Made by a program: the position numbers and the translations under genes
Assembly (NCBI GenBank): GCA_965223505.1
Contig: CBDCWP010000040.1
Location: forward strand, 160,001-224,000
DNA: 64,000 nucleotides
Source of the DNA: Planctomycetota bacterium
GTDB taxonomy: Bacteria; Planctomycetota; PLA2; JAEUHO01
Direction: 5' to 3'
The notes under the pieces: generated by a model
Database searches by the model: none
What the model was told of the DNA's origin: nothing
Seen by the model: only the letters and a program-made list of their open reading frames with translations
Part shown: positions 52,748 through 63,291 of the stretch, piece after piece
How positions within the stretch are numbered: position 1 is the stretch's first letter
How the letters are laid out: each line of letters opens with the position of its first letter

Positions 52748-55540
52748 TCATCGGTCGGCGCGGAAGCGAATGTCCCACCGGTCCACGAACGGACCGGGAT
52801 CGAACGCCCCCACGCTCTCGGGTAGGAAGAATGTGAATCGGACCTGAAGGAACTCTCGCCCGCTCAGGTTGTGGATCCCGAACCCCGCATTGTCCTTCGG
52901 CAACGGCACGCTCGGTTGATCCAAGTGCCAGGTCGGCTGTGTCACGACACCGCTGTCGGTGAAGTGCCCGACGGTGAAGTAGTCCGTCGCGCTCCCGAGA
53001 TCCGGCGTGCCGTCCGCGCGCATCTCGAAGGCGCGCGCTTCGACGAGGATCGCCGTCTGCCCGATGCCGGGACTGCCGAGCTTCGGAACGCCGGCGGCGA
53101 AGTCCGTCCGCCCCGCGTAGTCCTGGACAGGCGCTTCGTACAACGGATCGAGCCGGCCGACCCAGAACAGGTCCGTCAGCGCGCGCGGCGTCCTGCCGCC
53201 GCCCTTGAACCGGTTCGAGTCGAAGGGCCCGGTGAAGAGACCGTCCGCCGGCGCGCCGGGCGTCACGCTCGCCGCTGCCAATCCCGTGATGACGGAATCT
53301 CCGTCCTCCATCACGATACGCCCGTTCGCGCCCGCCCCGCCGTCGTTGGTCGGGTTCGTTTGGTTCCCCGCGCCGCCTTGGCCACCGGCCGCGGTGATGG
53401 TCGTCGTGTTGCCCAGGATGATGTCCTGTGGCGTCAGGAGCCGTACGGCGCCTCCCGCGCCGCCGCCGCCGCCGCCGGAGTGGGATCGGCCCAGCCAGCC
53501 GTTGCCGTCGCCGCCTCGGCCGCCCGCCGCGTCGATCGTCCCCAGGATGCTGATCGACGTGGACGACGTGATGTCGATGAAGCCGCCCCCGGCGCCTCCG
53601 CCCCCACCCGTCGCCTGCCACGCGGTCGTCGTGCTCCAGGGACGTCCGTTCATGAAGCCGGCCGACCCGCCACCCGATCCCGCCTCCGGCGTCGGAAGCC
53701 GAACATCGCCGTAGGACGCGCCTCCGTCACTGCGAGGCTGCAGCTGCAACATGAACTGAGCGCCGCTCAGGCGACTGCCGGTCGCGCCCGCGGAACGATG
53801 CCCGCCGCCGCCGCCACCGGCCGAGCTTCCGTTCCAGGGATTGGGCGGATTGACCGACGTTCCCGCAGGTTGTCCCGCAAGCCCCGCACCGAGCCCGCCG
53901 AGGCCTTCGCCTTCGGGATCCATCAACGGATCGTGATCCGGGCTACCGAAACCGGCATAGCCGTCCTCTCCGTACACGGCCGCCTGATTGGCGCGCACGC
54001 CATCACCACCGTCGCCCCCGCCCGCGACGCCCACGCCGCCACGGACCGCGATGTTGGTGTTGCCGCTGTTCTGGGCCGCACCGTTGGCGCCGTCGCCGTT
54101 GGGGCTTCCGCCGAGTCCGTCGCCGCGCACGCGCAAGACACCGCCGGGCTCGACGAGCACGTCGCCCTTGACGAGAAGAATGGCCGGGTTCACGCCGACG
54201 ATCCGAACGGTGACGCCGGAACGAATGCGCAGAGAGTTGAACTCCCATACGACGGCGGTCGACTCGTCGGTGCCGTTCAGGCACACGTTCGGCGATGCGC
54301 CCGTGTCCAGCAGCACGTCCGTGGACGGATCGAAGACGTCGTCCTTGCCGTCATTGGCCTGGCGATCGAAGGCGCACTCGGGATCCGACTGCGGCAGAGA
54401 CGGCCGCAGCAGATCGAAGCCGTTGTCGCCGTCGCCCGCGAACGCCAGGAACGCCTGCACGGCGCCCGGCGCGCGCGCGGTGTTTACGTCGGCCGTCGTG
54501 CCCTCGTCGAGATAGGGCGTCTCGCCCTCGTTGTCGATGGTCCGCGCCACCGTCTGCTCGGTGAGGTTCTCGGTCGTGAACGAGAAGCCGAAGGGAGTCA
54601 GCGGATTGCCGCCGAAGTCTTCCATCCCGAACGTGAGCTCGACGACGAGCAACGCGTTCTCCGGGAACTGGCCCGCTTCGGGCGTGATCAGCAGCCGGGT
54701 GCTGCCGAAGTCCTGCTGCAGCGTGAACGTGGCGCGAACGCGCTGAGGGGGCAAGAGCGCGTTCGTACCGTCCGCCCCCCAGGAGAACAGCGACGGGTCC
54801 TGATCGGACGTTCGGCCCGCGAGGTCGAATCCGGAAAGCCCGCCGCCGAGCGACGGGGTGAACGTGTCCCTCGTGCCTTCTTCGTAGATGTGGAAGCGGA
54901 CCGTGTCCTCGCTGATCGAGCAGGGATCCAGGTTCTCGCTCAGCCTGATGACGACCTGGTTTTCGGGTCCCACACGGACGGCCTCGCTACCGTTCAGTGG
55001 CGACACGGAGGCCACGAACGGCATCTCACCGGGCACCTCGTCCAGGAAGCCCCCCTCCTCGACGCGTGTCGAGAAGCTGAAGGACTCCGTACGCGACAGC
55101 GGCTGCCCGCGTGTGTTGCGAATCGTGAATTGCTCCGGGAACCCGATGACCTGCACGCGGTAGGTCGTCGCGGGCTGAAGGCCGCCGTCGGAGAGATCGC
55201 AGTGCGTCGGCAACGCGGGCTCGAAGATCACTTGCTCGCCTTGCACGATGTAGCGCCCCGGGATGGAGCGTCCGAAGGAGGGCCCTTCTCGAATCTGTAT
55301 CGACGCCGGCGTGATGGTCGACGCATCGAGAGGTTCGCTGAACACGAACACGAGACGTTCGTTCAACGCGACGGTATCGAGCGCGCCCTGGATGAAGCTC
55401 ACGAGCATCAGCCCTTGTCCGTCGCCTTCCGGACCGGGCCCTCCGGTTCCACCGCCGCAGCTCCCTGCAATGACGGTGACCAGGAGTGCTCCGAAGAAGT
55501 AGCCGGCGTTTCGCCGTCCGGCGGTCTTGAAGTTCGCCAT
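52748..55540 (-). CDS. Lipoprotein with Ig-like (Big_5-like) domains and a glycine-rich region
   Basis: IAGSC lipobox-like; FSEPLD and LSENLD Ig motifs; GGGGG/GGAGG repeats; GAGGAG RBS. Confidence 0.85.
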   Translation of the reverse strand: MANFKTAGRRNAGYFFGALLVTVIAGSCGGGTGGPGPEGDGQGLMLVSFIQGALDTVALNERLVFVFSEPLDASTITPASIQIREGPSFGRSIPGRYIVQGEQVIFEPALPTHCDLSDGGLQPATTYRVQVIGFPEQFTIRNTRGQPLSRTESFSFSTRVEEGGFLDEVPGEMPFVASVSPLNGSEAVRVGPENQVVIRLSENLDPCSISEDTVRFHIYEEGTRDTFTPSLGGGLSGFDLAGRTSDQDPSLFSWGADGTNALLPPQRVRATFTLQQDFGSTRLLITPEAGQFPENALLVVELTFGMEDFGGNPLTPFGFSFTTENLTEQTVARTIDNEGETPYLDEGTTADVNTARAPGAVQAFLAFAGDGDNGFDLLRPSLPQSDPECAFDRQANDGKDDVFDPSTDVLLDTGASPNVCLNGTDESTAVVWEFNSLRIRSGVTVRIVGVNPAILLVKGDVLVEPGGVLRVRGDGLGGSPNGDGANGAAQNSGNTNIAVRGGVGVAGGGDGGDGVRANQAAVYGEDGYAGFGSPDHDPLMDPEGEGLGGLGAGLAGQPAGTSVNPPNPWNGSSAGGGGGGHRSAGATGSRLSGAQFMLQLQPRSDGGASYGDVRLPTPEAGSGGGSAGFMNGRPWSTTTAWQATGGGGGAGGGFIDITSSTSISILGTIDAAGGRGGDGNGWLGRSHSGGGGGGAGGAVRLLTPQDIILGNTTTITAAGGQGGAGNQTNPTNDGGAGANGRIVMEDGDSVITGLAAASVTPGAPADGLFTGPFDSNRFKGGGRTPRALTDLFWVGRLDPLYEAPVQDYAGRTDFAAGVPKLGSPGIGQTAILVEARAFEMRADGTPDLGSATDYFTVGHFTDSGVVTQPTWHLDQPSVPLPKDNAGFGIHNLSGREFLQVRFTFFLPESVGAFDPGPFVDRWDIRFRADR

Positions 55541-55810
55541 GATGCGGCTCCTCTTGGACCCGCCTCATCCGCAGCCGCGCCGTACACGCATTAGACGCGC
55601 ACACCGGCAACCAGGTTTCAAAACGCACGAGGTAACCAGGACCTTTGCCGCGCGACCCGGGGCCTGAGTCTTGCATATGCAATAGCAAGAGCACGAACGT
55701 CAGATGGAGTTACACTGAATCGCGGCGGCTGAACGGGGACGGCTACCGTTGCACGCACGAGTGAGGACCATCTTCACGGTCCTCGCTCGTCGAGCGCACT
55801 TCGGCGCGGT

Positions 55811-57640
55811 TCAGTTCACGGTATAGGTGCCTGCGTCGGCGACCTCCTCCTCGTCGCTGCCCGGATCGCGAATCACCTTTACGTGGTAGGTTCCGACCGG
55901 AAGTCCTTCCAGCCCACCCGGCGGCAGACACAAGATGCGGCGATCGTCGTGAAAGATGACGATCCCGTTTTGCGGACCGGTCGCGTCTCCGTCGTCGAGG
56001 TCCCACGTCACCGCGAGATCGTCGAACTCGAGCAGGGTCCCCGCCGGCAAGCCGATGTTCGGCAGATCAGCGAAGAAGCCGACGCCGAACCCACGACCCT
56101 CGATCATGACGGGCTCGACGGGCTCGCCCGCCTCGTGAACCGTCGGCTTCATGCTGGTGACCTCCGGCGGAACGTCCTTCACCGTGAACGCGACGGCGTT
56201 GGAGGTCTTGTCACCGACCTTGACCGTGACGTCGTAGAGCCCGTCCGCGAGCTCGAACGGAACGAGGACCTGGATCGCCTCGCCGTCGACTTCCGGCCTG
56301 CAGTCCCAGCAGAACAGGTTCGTGTAGGCCTCGACGGAAGGACCGCCCGCTGACGGCGTGAAACAGACGACGCCGCCGAGCAGGCCCTCGCCCTTCAGAG
56401 CGAGCAGGCTTCCGGCGGGACCCTCGGTCGGATCCAGCGCGGCGATCGTCGGGTCGGGCGGCGTGCCCACCTCGTACGCAACCGCGTTCGTGCGGGAGAT
56501 CGTGCCCCAGTCGTACAGCTCGACGGTGACGTCGTACGACGTGCCCGGCGTGGCCTGGTTCGGAACGAACGTCTCGACCAGGTCGAATCCGTTTGCCATG
56601 CCGTGACCGAAGAGGGTCTTGCCGTCGGCATCCGTCCACTCGACGGACACGATCCCTTGGGGCCCCAGACCCGCGCCTTCGATCGTCACGCGCCGGCCCG
56701 GCGGCTGGAGGGCAGGGGTGATCGTCTCGATCTTCGCGTCCGACGCCTCGACGACCTCGATGCTGCGAGCGCACGGACCCGTGTCGAGCTCGAGCTCGTT
56801 GGTGACACGCAGCTCGTACGAGCCCGTCGCGAGATCTTCGGGAATCTCGAAGAACGCGCAGTGCTTCCCGCCGTCGAGGGTCGCTTCCGCCACGACGGTT
56901 TCGTCTTCGGCGAGGAACGCCACGACGCCCGGATGCAGGCGTCGGCCGATGAGGAACACCACGGATCCGGCGGTCGCTCGCGACGCGCTCATGTAGTGAA
57001 TCACGGGCGCCCCTTCACTCAGCACGTGAAGCGTCCGTTCGTGGCCGTCCACGTCGATCACGGCTTCCCCGGCCGGCAGGCCTTCGGGGACTCGCAGCAC
57101 GAGGATGTCTTCGTGCCGGAACACGATCTCGGCGGCCACGCCGCCGATGGTGGCGACGGGATCCGCCGACAAGGACGGAACGTGGATCAGAACGGGATCC
57201 CCGGGCGCCGCACAGCCGGGATGAACGTCGGCCTCCTCGTCACCGAGCACGCCGCTGAAGACCCGAATCTTGTTGCCGCGGAGTCCCGCGATCTCGAGCT
57301 CGGCCGGCCCGGTGGTCCACTGATCGCCGTTTGCGTATTCGGTCAGCACGCGCGAGAGCTCGGGTACGAGGCTCTGCCCCACGAGCTCGGGCGCCGCGCG
57401 TGCCGCGCCGCCGAAGCCGCCAAGGACGGCCTCCATGATCGGAGACGCGACGCGGGCCGTGTCCACGGTGATGTAGTCGACGTTCTGGTCGCCGTCGTGA
57501 TCGTAGCGAACGACGACGGGCTGAACCGCCTGCGGCGACGCGACCGGTGTTGGCGGTGTACCGGAGCGCCCTCCGCCGCAGGCGGCCAGGAAAATGCTGG
57601 ATGCGACCAGCAGCAGGACAGTGGGGATTCGGGTGCGCAT
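55811..57640 (-). CDS. Lipoprotein with IPT/TIG repeats
   Basis: FLAAC lipobox; repeated I..(L/I).P..G..G..V.I.G.GL units; start taken at MRTRIP. Confidence 0.82.
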   Translation of the reverse strand: MRTRIPTVLLLVASSIFLAACGGGRSGTPPTPVASPQAVQPVVVRYDHDGDQNVDYITVDTARVASPIMEAVLGGFGGAARAAPELVGQSLVPELSRVLTEYANGDQWTTGPAELEIAGLRGNKIRVFSGVLGDEEADVHPGCAAPGDPVLIHVPSLSADPVATIGGVAAEIVFRHEDILVLRVPEGLPAGEAVIDVDGHERTLHVLSEGAPVIHYMSASRATAGSVVFLIGRRLHPGVVAFLAEDETVVAEATLDGGKHCAFFEIPEDLATGSYELRVTNELELDTGPCARSIEVVEASDAKIETITPALQPPGRRVTIEGAGLGPQGIVSVEWTDADGKTLFGHGMANGFDLVETFVPNQATPGTSYDVTVELYDWGTISRTNAVAYEVGTPPDPTIAALDPTEGPAGSLLALKGEGLLGGVVCFTPSAGGPSVEAYTNLFCWDCRPEVDGEAIQVLVPFELADGLYDVTVKVGDKTSNAVAFTVKDVPPEVTSMKPTVHEAGEPVEPVMIEGRGFGVGFFADLPNIGLPAGTLLEFDDLAVTWDLDDGDATGPQNGIVIFHDDRRILCLPPGGLEGLPVGTYHVKVIRDPGSDEEEVADAGTYTVN

Positions 57641-57902
57641 GACGTCTCTCTCTTCTTCGAAAGGTCGTTGCCCACCACTACTCACTGCCCGCCGGGAGCG
57701 CGGGCGTCCCACGTGTCCGGGACCGCGCTCATCCGCCATCGAAGGGCGGGACTCTCCATGGGGGGCTTCCCGCGGGTTCGGTCTGCGTCTCAGCATTTCC
57801 CTCGAAATGGCAATCCGTCCCGCGCCGAGACTCGTTGGTCCCACGATCCGCCCGGTCGGCTAGACTCGAAGGGGGCTACGAGGCACGAGAGCGTCGATGC
57901 GC

Positions 57903-60002
57903 ATGTCTGCCTCACGAATTGACGACTACCTCGAGCACACGGAAGCGCTCGAGCGATTGGCCCTGGTACTCGTGCGCGATGCGACCGAGGCCCAGGAGCT
58001 CGTCCAAGAGACGTGGTTGGTCGCGCTCATGCATCCGAACGGGCCGCAGGGCAGCTCCCGGCGGTGGTTGGGCGGCGTGCTTCGCAATCTCGTGCTTCGA
58101 TCGAGGCGAACGCGTACACGCCGGCTGCGACGTGAGCGCCGCGCCGCGCGCGCGGAGTCCGTGCCGCCCGGGCAGCGCTACGTAGACGAAGCGGATCTTC
58201 ACCGCTATCTCGCAACGTGCATCCGCAAGCTCCCGGCGGACTACCGCCACTTCCTGGAACTTCGGTACTTCAAGGGACTCGCGCCGAAGGAGATCGGCAT
58301 GCGTCTCGGCGTACCCGCGTCCACCGTACGAACGCGGGTGCAAAGAGGACTCGAACGCCTGCGCGTCGCGCTCGGAGAGCGGCCGCGCACCAACCTGATC
58401 TCGCTGATGCCGTTGCTTCTTGCGATGAAGCCGAAGCGTGCCTCCACCGCGAGCGCCAACCACGGATACGGTCTCGGCGCGGCGGCCGCGGTTCTGCTCG
58501 GTGTCGTGCTCGTGTGCGGGAACGCCGTTCGAAACGCCTTGGAAGACACGACCGACTCGGTGAGTGTGGGGTCCGTCGATGCCGTCGATCGCTTGCACGG
58601 TGCGGCGCCGCTCGCCGATGCAGCGGCAGCGGCCGCCGAGGCGACGACCTCGTCCGCTCGCACGGTGTCCACGGCGGATTGGTTCGAAGACGCGCCGGAC
58701 GGCGCAACGAGCCGGCAACGCCCAGGTGCGCCGGCGGTGCGAGAGACGGCACCGCGACGGGTCGCCGGACTCGTGGTGAACGAGGACGGCGTCGCAATCC
58801 GAGGCGCGACCGTCGCGCTGTTCGGGTGCGGCGACGACGGTCCGGCCAAACGACCGCTTGCGATCACGCGCAGCGGGCCGGACGGCCGCTACGAGCTGAC
58901 GTTCAAGGCCGGCTCGACGATCCTCGTCGTCGCGATCCCTGGATACGTCCCGACGGCCAGGCCTCTGACCGCCGGCTCGACCGTGGAACGGCAAATGCTC
59001 GTTCGTGGACGTCGGCTCGAGCTATCGCGCGCGTACCGCCGAGCGGCCGTTCGGCTCGAAGCGAAGGGACTCGTTCTCGAGCTCGATCGGGAGGAAGCGC
59101 AGCTCGCGTGGATCGACGGACGCCCGGCATGGACGACTTCGACGCTGGAGCGGGATGCGAGCGGCGCACTCTACGTATCGGGATTGGAGGCGCGCCGGTA
59201 CGCGGTCGCCGCTGAGCACGAGCACGCGCCTGCGGTGTTTTGGACGGTCGACCTCGGTGTCGAGACCGTTCCGGCGGTCGCGCAAGAGCCGGTCGCGACG
59301 CCGGACCGCGGCGAGGTCGTCGCCGAGCGTTCCGAGGTGAAGCGCGGCGATGATCGAGCACGTGATGACTGGCGCCGGCCGGCCACACGACGTAGCGAGC
59401 CGACGGCGCGCGAAGAACGAACGCGTCGCGACAAGACACCGCGGCGCCGCGGGCGGAAGCGAGCACCGACGGCGAGTGGCGCCCGACGTGACGACTCCGC
59501 CCGAGGGACCCGTGGCGGCAAGGCAGGCGCACCGGATCGACGTGGGCCGTCGTTCGTTGTGTCGAAGCCCACGCACGGCGGAACGGCGTCGCTGGCGCCT
59601 TCGCCGCAGCAGCACGAACCGAACCTGTCCACACCAGCGCCCGTCCACGACGTGGACGATTCGTTCGGGACGGTCATCACCAAGGGCCCCGCGGCGGTCG
59701 TTCCCGTGGCGACGCCTTCTCCGGCGGCTTTCGAGACGCCGGGGCCGGCGGAGGGCTGGCCGGCGGATCCCGGCGTCCTCGAGCCGACGGAGATGAGTGT
59801 CGCGCCGATGGTGATGGAGGTTCAGCCGCTGTCCGCGGATGCGTACATTCACAAGCCGATCGGCCTCGCGTTGACGGAGAGCGCGCTGCTCTCGCTACCG
59901 CCCGGCACGTACCTGGTTCGCGTCTTCACGGCCGAGCTTCCGCCGCAGGAATACATCGTCGACGTCGGTGTGGAGCACGGCCTGCTGATTCACACCCGCT
60001 GA
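57903..60002 (+). CDS. ECF sigma factor with long C-terminal extension (TM + carboxypeptidase-regulatory-like domain)
   Basis: AQELVQETWL, WLGGVLRN, LPADYR..PKEIG..STVRTRVQRG; VAGLVVNEDGVAIRGATV..SGPDGRY. Confidence 0.82.
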   Translation: MSASRIDDYLEHTEALERLALVLVRDATEAQELVQETWLVALMHPNGPQGSSRRWLGGVLRNLVLRSRRTRTRRLRRERRAARAESVPPGQRYVDEADLHRYLATCIRKLPADYRHFLELRYFKGLAPKEIGMRLGVPASTVRTRVQRGLERLRVALGERPRTNLISLMPLLLAMKPKRASTASANHGYGLGAAAAVLLGVVLVCGNAVRNALEDTTDSVSVGSVDAVDRLHGAAPLADAAAAAAEATTSSARTVSTADWFEDAPDGATSRQRPGAPAVRETAPRRVAGLVVNEDGVAIRGATVALFGCGDDGPAKRPLAITRSGPDGRYELTFKAGSTILVVAIPGYVPTARPLTAGSTVERQMLVRGRRLELSRAYRRAAVRLEAKGLVLELDREEAQLAWIDGRPAWTTSTLERDASGALYVSGLEARRYAVAAEHEHAPAVFWTVDLGVETVPAVAQEPVATPDRGEVVAERSEVKRGDDRARDDWRRPATRRSEPTAREERTRRDKTPRRRGRKRAPTASGARRDDSARGTRGGKAGAPDRRGPSFVVSKPTHGGTASLAPSPQQHEPNLSTPAPVHDVDDSFGTVITKGPAAVVPVATPSPAAFETPGPAEGWPADPGVLEPTEMSVAPMVMEVQPLSADAYIHKPIGLALTESALLSLPPGTYLVRVFTAELPPQEYIVDVGVEHGLLIHTR

Positions 60003-60022
60003 CGGACGAACGGGTGGAGAGA

Positions 60023-60112
60023 TGGCGGAGAGACAGGGATTCGAACCCTGGGTACGGTTGCCCGTACACCGGTTTTCGAAACCGGCCCGTTCGACCACTC
60101 CGGCATCTCTCC
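60023..60112 (-). tRNA. tRNA-Ser(CGA)
   Basis: Canonical 90-nt cloverleaf with long variable arm; CCGGT-TTCGAAA-ACCGG; CCA. Confidence 0.97.
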
Positions 60113-60157
60113 GCGCTTTGAGTGGGGAGGGAACGGTAGGCCCGCCCCCTTGGACCG

Positions 60158-60637
60158 TCAAGCAGTGCCACGCCCCCTGCGCGCCGCGCGGAAGAACGCC
60201 TTCAGAATCCCGCCGCACTCCTCGGATAGCACCCCCGAGACGACCTCCGGACGGTGATTCAACCGCGCATCCGCCAACACGTTCGCGAGACTGCCCGCCG
60301 CGCCGGCCTTCGGGTCCAGCGCGCCGAAGACGACCGTGCTCAAGCGCGCGTTCACGATCGCGCCCGCGCACATGAAGCAAGGCTCCAGCGTCACGTACAG
60401 CGTGCAGCCGATCAGACGCCAGTCCTTCAGCAGCGTCGCCGCGTGCTTGATGGCGAGCATCTCGGCGTGCCCCGTGGGGTCCTTCTCGATCTCGCGCGTG
60501 TTGTGCGCCCGCGCGATCACCTGGCCGTTGCGCACGATCACCGCCCCCACCGGCACCTCGCCGATGTCGGCTGCTTGGCGCGCTTCTTCCAGCGCCTCGC
60601 GCATGTAGCGCTCGTGACCGTTCAAGGAAGGGGTCAT
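60158..60637 (-). CDS. tadA: tRNA adenosine(34) deaminase
   Basis: EVPVGAV, HAE, LYVTLEPCFMC, DPKAGA, LNHR. Confidence 0.95.
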   Translation of the reverse strand: MTPSLNGHERYMREALEEARQAADIGEVPVGAVIVRNGQVIARAHNTREIEKDPTGHAEMLAIKHAATLLKDWRLIGCTLYVTLEPCFMCAGAIVNARLSTVVFGALDPKAGAAGSLANVLADARLNHRPEVVSGVLSEECGGILKAFFRAARRGRGTA

Positions 60638-60642
60638 GCCGG

Positions 60643-61149
60643 CTATTTCGCGCGCTCTTTCGCACGCTCCAGATGGCGATCGCGCCGATCGCACTGCTGC
60701 TTCTCACGCCACGTGTCGCACTTCACGAACAACGTCAGCGAGTGATCCTTCATCGTGAAGCCGTGATCGCGCACGACCTCCTCCTGGAGCCGCTCGATCT
60801 CGTCGTTCGTGAACTCCACGACCGCCTTGCAGTCGACACAAATCATGTGGTCGTGGTGCTCGCGATCCAGCGCCCTCTCGTAGCGACGCTGGCCGTCGGC
60901 GAAGTCGTGCCCGTCGAGCATCTCCGCTTCTTCGAGCAGCGCGAGCCCACGGTACACCGTCGCCATCGAAACCGACTCGCCTTCGCTGTTGAGGCGCCGG
61001 TACAGGTCCTCCGCGGAGAAGTGCCCGCGTTGATCGAGCGCGGTGCGGATCATGGTCCGCCGCTGCTCGGTCATCTTGAGACGCTTCTCGCGCAGGAAGT
61101 CCTCGAAGGACTTCAGGGCATCTTCGACGGCGGCCGCGCTCAAGCTCAC
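60643..61149 (-). CDS. Fur-family transcriptional regulator
   Basis: MTEQRR, HFSAEDL, ATVYR, HHDHMICVDC. Confidence 0.93.
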   Translation of the reverse strand: MSLSAAAVEDALKSFEDFLREKRLKMTEQRRTMIRTALDQRGHFSAEDLYRRLNSEGESVSMATVYRGLALLEEAEMLDGHDFADGQRRYERALDREHHDHMICVDCKAVVEFTNDEIERLQEEVVRDHGFTMKDHSLTLFVKCDTWREKQQCDRRDRHLERAKERAK

Positions 61150-61204
61150 ACCGAGATGATACCCGGCGAACGCCCGACCTGGCGACGGATCGAGGCGAGC
61201 GCCC

Positions 61205-61900
61205 CTACTTCATCGACGAGATCTTGTCGAGCACGCCCGGAATGCACTTGTGGATCGACTTCGGCGCCTTGATGACCATGTACTGGTCCGTCGCCGTGAT
61301 GCTCCACTCGTCGTTCTCGTCCCAGCCGGGTATCAGCTCCTTGACGAGTTCCGCGACGGCGTCGCCGTTGTTGAGCGGGTCGTCCTCGACCTCGACCTCG
61401 GGCGTGTATTCCTCGCCGACGTCGTCCGGATGCGTCAGGTTCATCTCCGGCGCGATGAAGTCGATCTTCGTCCACGTGATGTGAGAGATGCCGTAGAGGC
61501 GCGTGATGGGCTTGCCGTACGAGTCCTTCTTGGTCGTGAGGTACACGACGTTGCCCTTCACGACCGCGGCCAGCTCGTGCGGCTCGAGGATCAGCTTGAG
61601 GAACGTGGCGACGGTGACGTCCTTGAGCGTCGCCGTGACGACGATGTCCTCCAGGTCGATGCCCGCCTTCTCGAGCGCGGCTTTCTTGATGTGGAAGTTC
61701 TCGCCGGTCGCCGTGCGCAGCCACACGACCACCTTTTCGAGCGCCTCCTCCTCGAACTTCACGTTCGACAGGCGCTGCTTCTTGAGCTTCGCAATCAGCC
61801 CGGCGGTCTTCTTGGCGGTCGACGGCCCGGCATCCGCGGGGCCGGCCGCGAACGGCACGATCAGGGTGACAACGAGCAGGGCAGCGAGAGCGAGACGCAT
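61205..61900 (-). CDS. Secreted hypothetical protein (secretin/STN N-domain-like)
   Basis: GGAGG RBS; signal peptide; VKFEEEALEKVV..VTATLKDV..LKLIL. Confidence 0.72.
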   Translation of the reverse strand: MRLALAALLVVTLIVPFAAGPADAGPSTAKKTAGLIAKLKKQRLSNVKFEEEALEKVVVWLRTATGENFHIKKAALEKAGIDLEDIVVTATLKDVTVATFLKLILEPHELAAVVKGNVVYLTTKKDSYGKPITRLYGISHITWTKIDFIAPEMNLTHPDDVGEEYTPEVEVEDDPLNNGDAVAELVKELIPGWDENDEWSITATDQYMVIKAPKSIHKCIPGVLDKISSMK

Positions 61901-62010
61901 GGCATCCTCCGGCGATCGACTGCGGGACCACCGATAGTAACGACGGCCCGCAGCGGGTTGCCGCGCCGGATTCGGGATTCGTGCCTGATTCCTGCCCCCG
62001 GGAGCCTGTT

Positions 62011-63291
62011 CTAGGCCTTCACGCCCCTGGCGCCGATGTCGCGGCGGTGGAAAGCCCCTTCGAAGTCGATCTTGTCGACCGCCGCGTACGCGCGGTCGCG
62101 CGCGCCGTCGAAGCTGTCGCCCAGGGCCGTCACGCACAGCACGCGCCCGCCCGCCGTGGTCACGACGCCGTCCTTCTCGCGCGTCCCGGCGTGATAGACG
62201 ATCACGTCGTCCATCGCGTCGGCGGCGTCCAGACCGCGGATCTCCTTGCCCGCCTGGTACCCGCCCGGGTAGCCGGCCGACGCCACGACCACCCCCACCG
62301 CGGAGCGCTCGTCGATCTCTACGTCGGCGACGTCCCTGAGCTTGCCGTCCGCGGCCGCCATCAGCAGCGCCCCCAGATCGCTCTTGATGCGCGGGAGCAC
62401 GACCTGCGTCTCCGGATCGCCGAAGCGCGCGTTGTACTCGAGCACCCGAGGGCCTCCGCGCGTGATCATCAGCCCGGCGAAGAGCGTTCCCCGGTACTCG
62501 ACGCCCTCGCGCTTCAGGCCGTGAAGCGTCGGGACGAGGATCGTCTTGATGATCTTGTCGAGCATCGCACCTTCGGCGACGGGCGCCGGGCTGTAGGCAC
62601 CCATGCCGCCGGTGTTGGGCCCCGTGTCGCCTTCGCCGACACGCTTGTGGTCCTGTGCGGTCGGCAATACGACCAACGTCTCGCCGTCGGTGATCGCGTG
62701 CACCGAGGCCTCTTCGCCGCGCAAGAAGTCCTCGATCACGACCTTGTCGCCGGCATCACCGAACCGCTTGTTGACCATCGCGTCTTCGAGGGCCGCGACG
62801 GCATCCTCGACGCTCTCGCAGATCGTCACGCCCTTGCCGGCTGCCAGGCCGTCGGCCTTCACGACGATCGGGAGATGGTCCCTCTGCTCGACATGCTCCT
62901 TCGCTTCGGCGAAGTCCGTGAACACGTGCGCGCCCGCGCACGGAACGTTGTTGCGGCTCATCAGATCGTGAAAGAAGGACTTGCTGCCTTCGAGCTGCGC
63001 AGCCTCCTTCGTCGGTCCGTAGATCTTCAGCCCTTGCTCGTTGAAGTAGTCCACGATGCCCGCGACGAGCGGCACCTCGGGACCGACCACCGTCAGGTCG
63101 ATGGCTTCGTCCTTCGCGAAGCGGGCCAACCCCTCGAAGTCGCTCACGAGGAGGTGCGGAACGCAATGCGCGTCGGCGGCGATCCCTCCGTTTCCGGGCG
63201 CGCAATAGACGCGTTCGACGCTCTTGCTTCGAGCCAGGGCAACACAAAGCGCGTGCTCGCGGCCACCGCCGCCGACAACCAGGACCTTCAC
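62011..63291 (-). CDS. purD: Phosphoribosylamine--glycine ligase
   Basis: VLVVGGGGREHAL, VVKADGLAAGKGV, QDHKR..GPNTGGMG, EYNARFGDPE; AAGGAG RBS before GTG. Confidence 0.97.
   Translation of the reverse strand: MKVLVVGGGGREHALCVALARSKSVERVYCAPGNGGIAADAHCVPHLLVSDFEGLARFAKDEAIDLTVVGPEVPLVAGIVDYFNEQGLKIYGPTKEAAQLEGSKSFFHDLMSRNNVPCAGAHVFTDFAEAKEHVEQRDHLPIVVKADGLAAGKGVTICESVEDAVAALEDAMVNKRFGDAGDKVVIEDFLRGEEASVHAITDGETLVVLPTAQDHKRVGEGDTGPNTGGMGAYSPAPVAEGAMLDKIIKTILVPTLHGLKREGVEYRGTLFAGLMITRGGPRVLEYNARFGDPETQVVLPRIKSDLGALLMAAADGKLRDVADVEIDERSAVGVVVASAGYPGGYQAGKEIRGLDAADAMDDVIVYHAGTREKDGVVTTAGGRVLCVTALGDSFDGARDRAYAAVDKIDFEGAFHRRDIGARGVKA

Noticed and set aside
52871..55594. 907-aa plus-strand ORF, and similar long antisense ORFs (e.g. 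17572-19986, 6915-8789)
   Set aside because: Antisense to well-supported genes; Arg/Ala-rich shadow composition
55670..55690. TTGCATATGCAA palindrome as a sigma-54 promoter
   Set aside because: No correctly spaced TGGCAC -24 element on either strand; a single palindrome is insufficient
60023..60112. tRNA-Ser as integration site of the accessory block
   Set aside because: No duplicated 3' end and no integrase found in the window
60158..60637. Special link between tadA and the array tRNA-Arg(ACG)
   Set aside because: tadA is a housekeeping gene about 29 kb away in an ordinary context; proximity is probably coincidental
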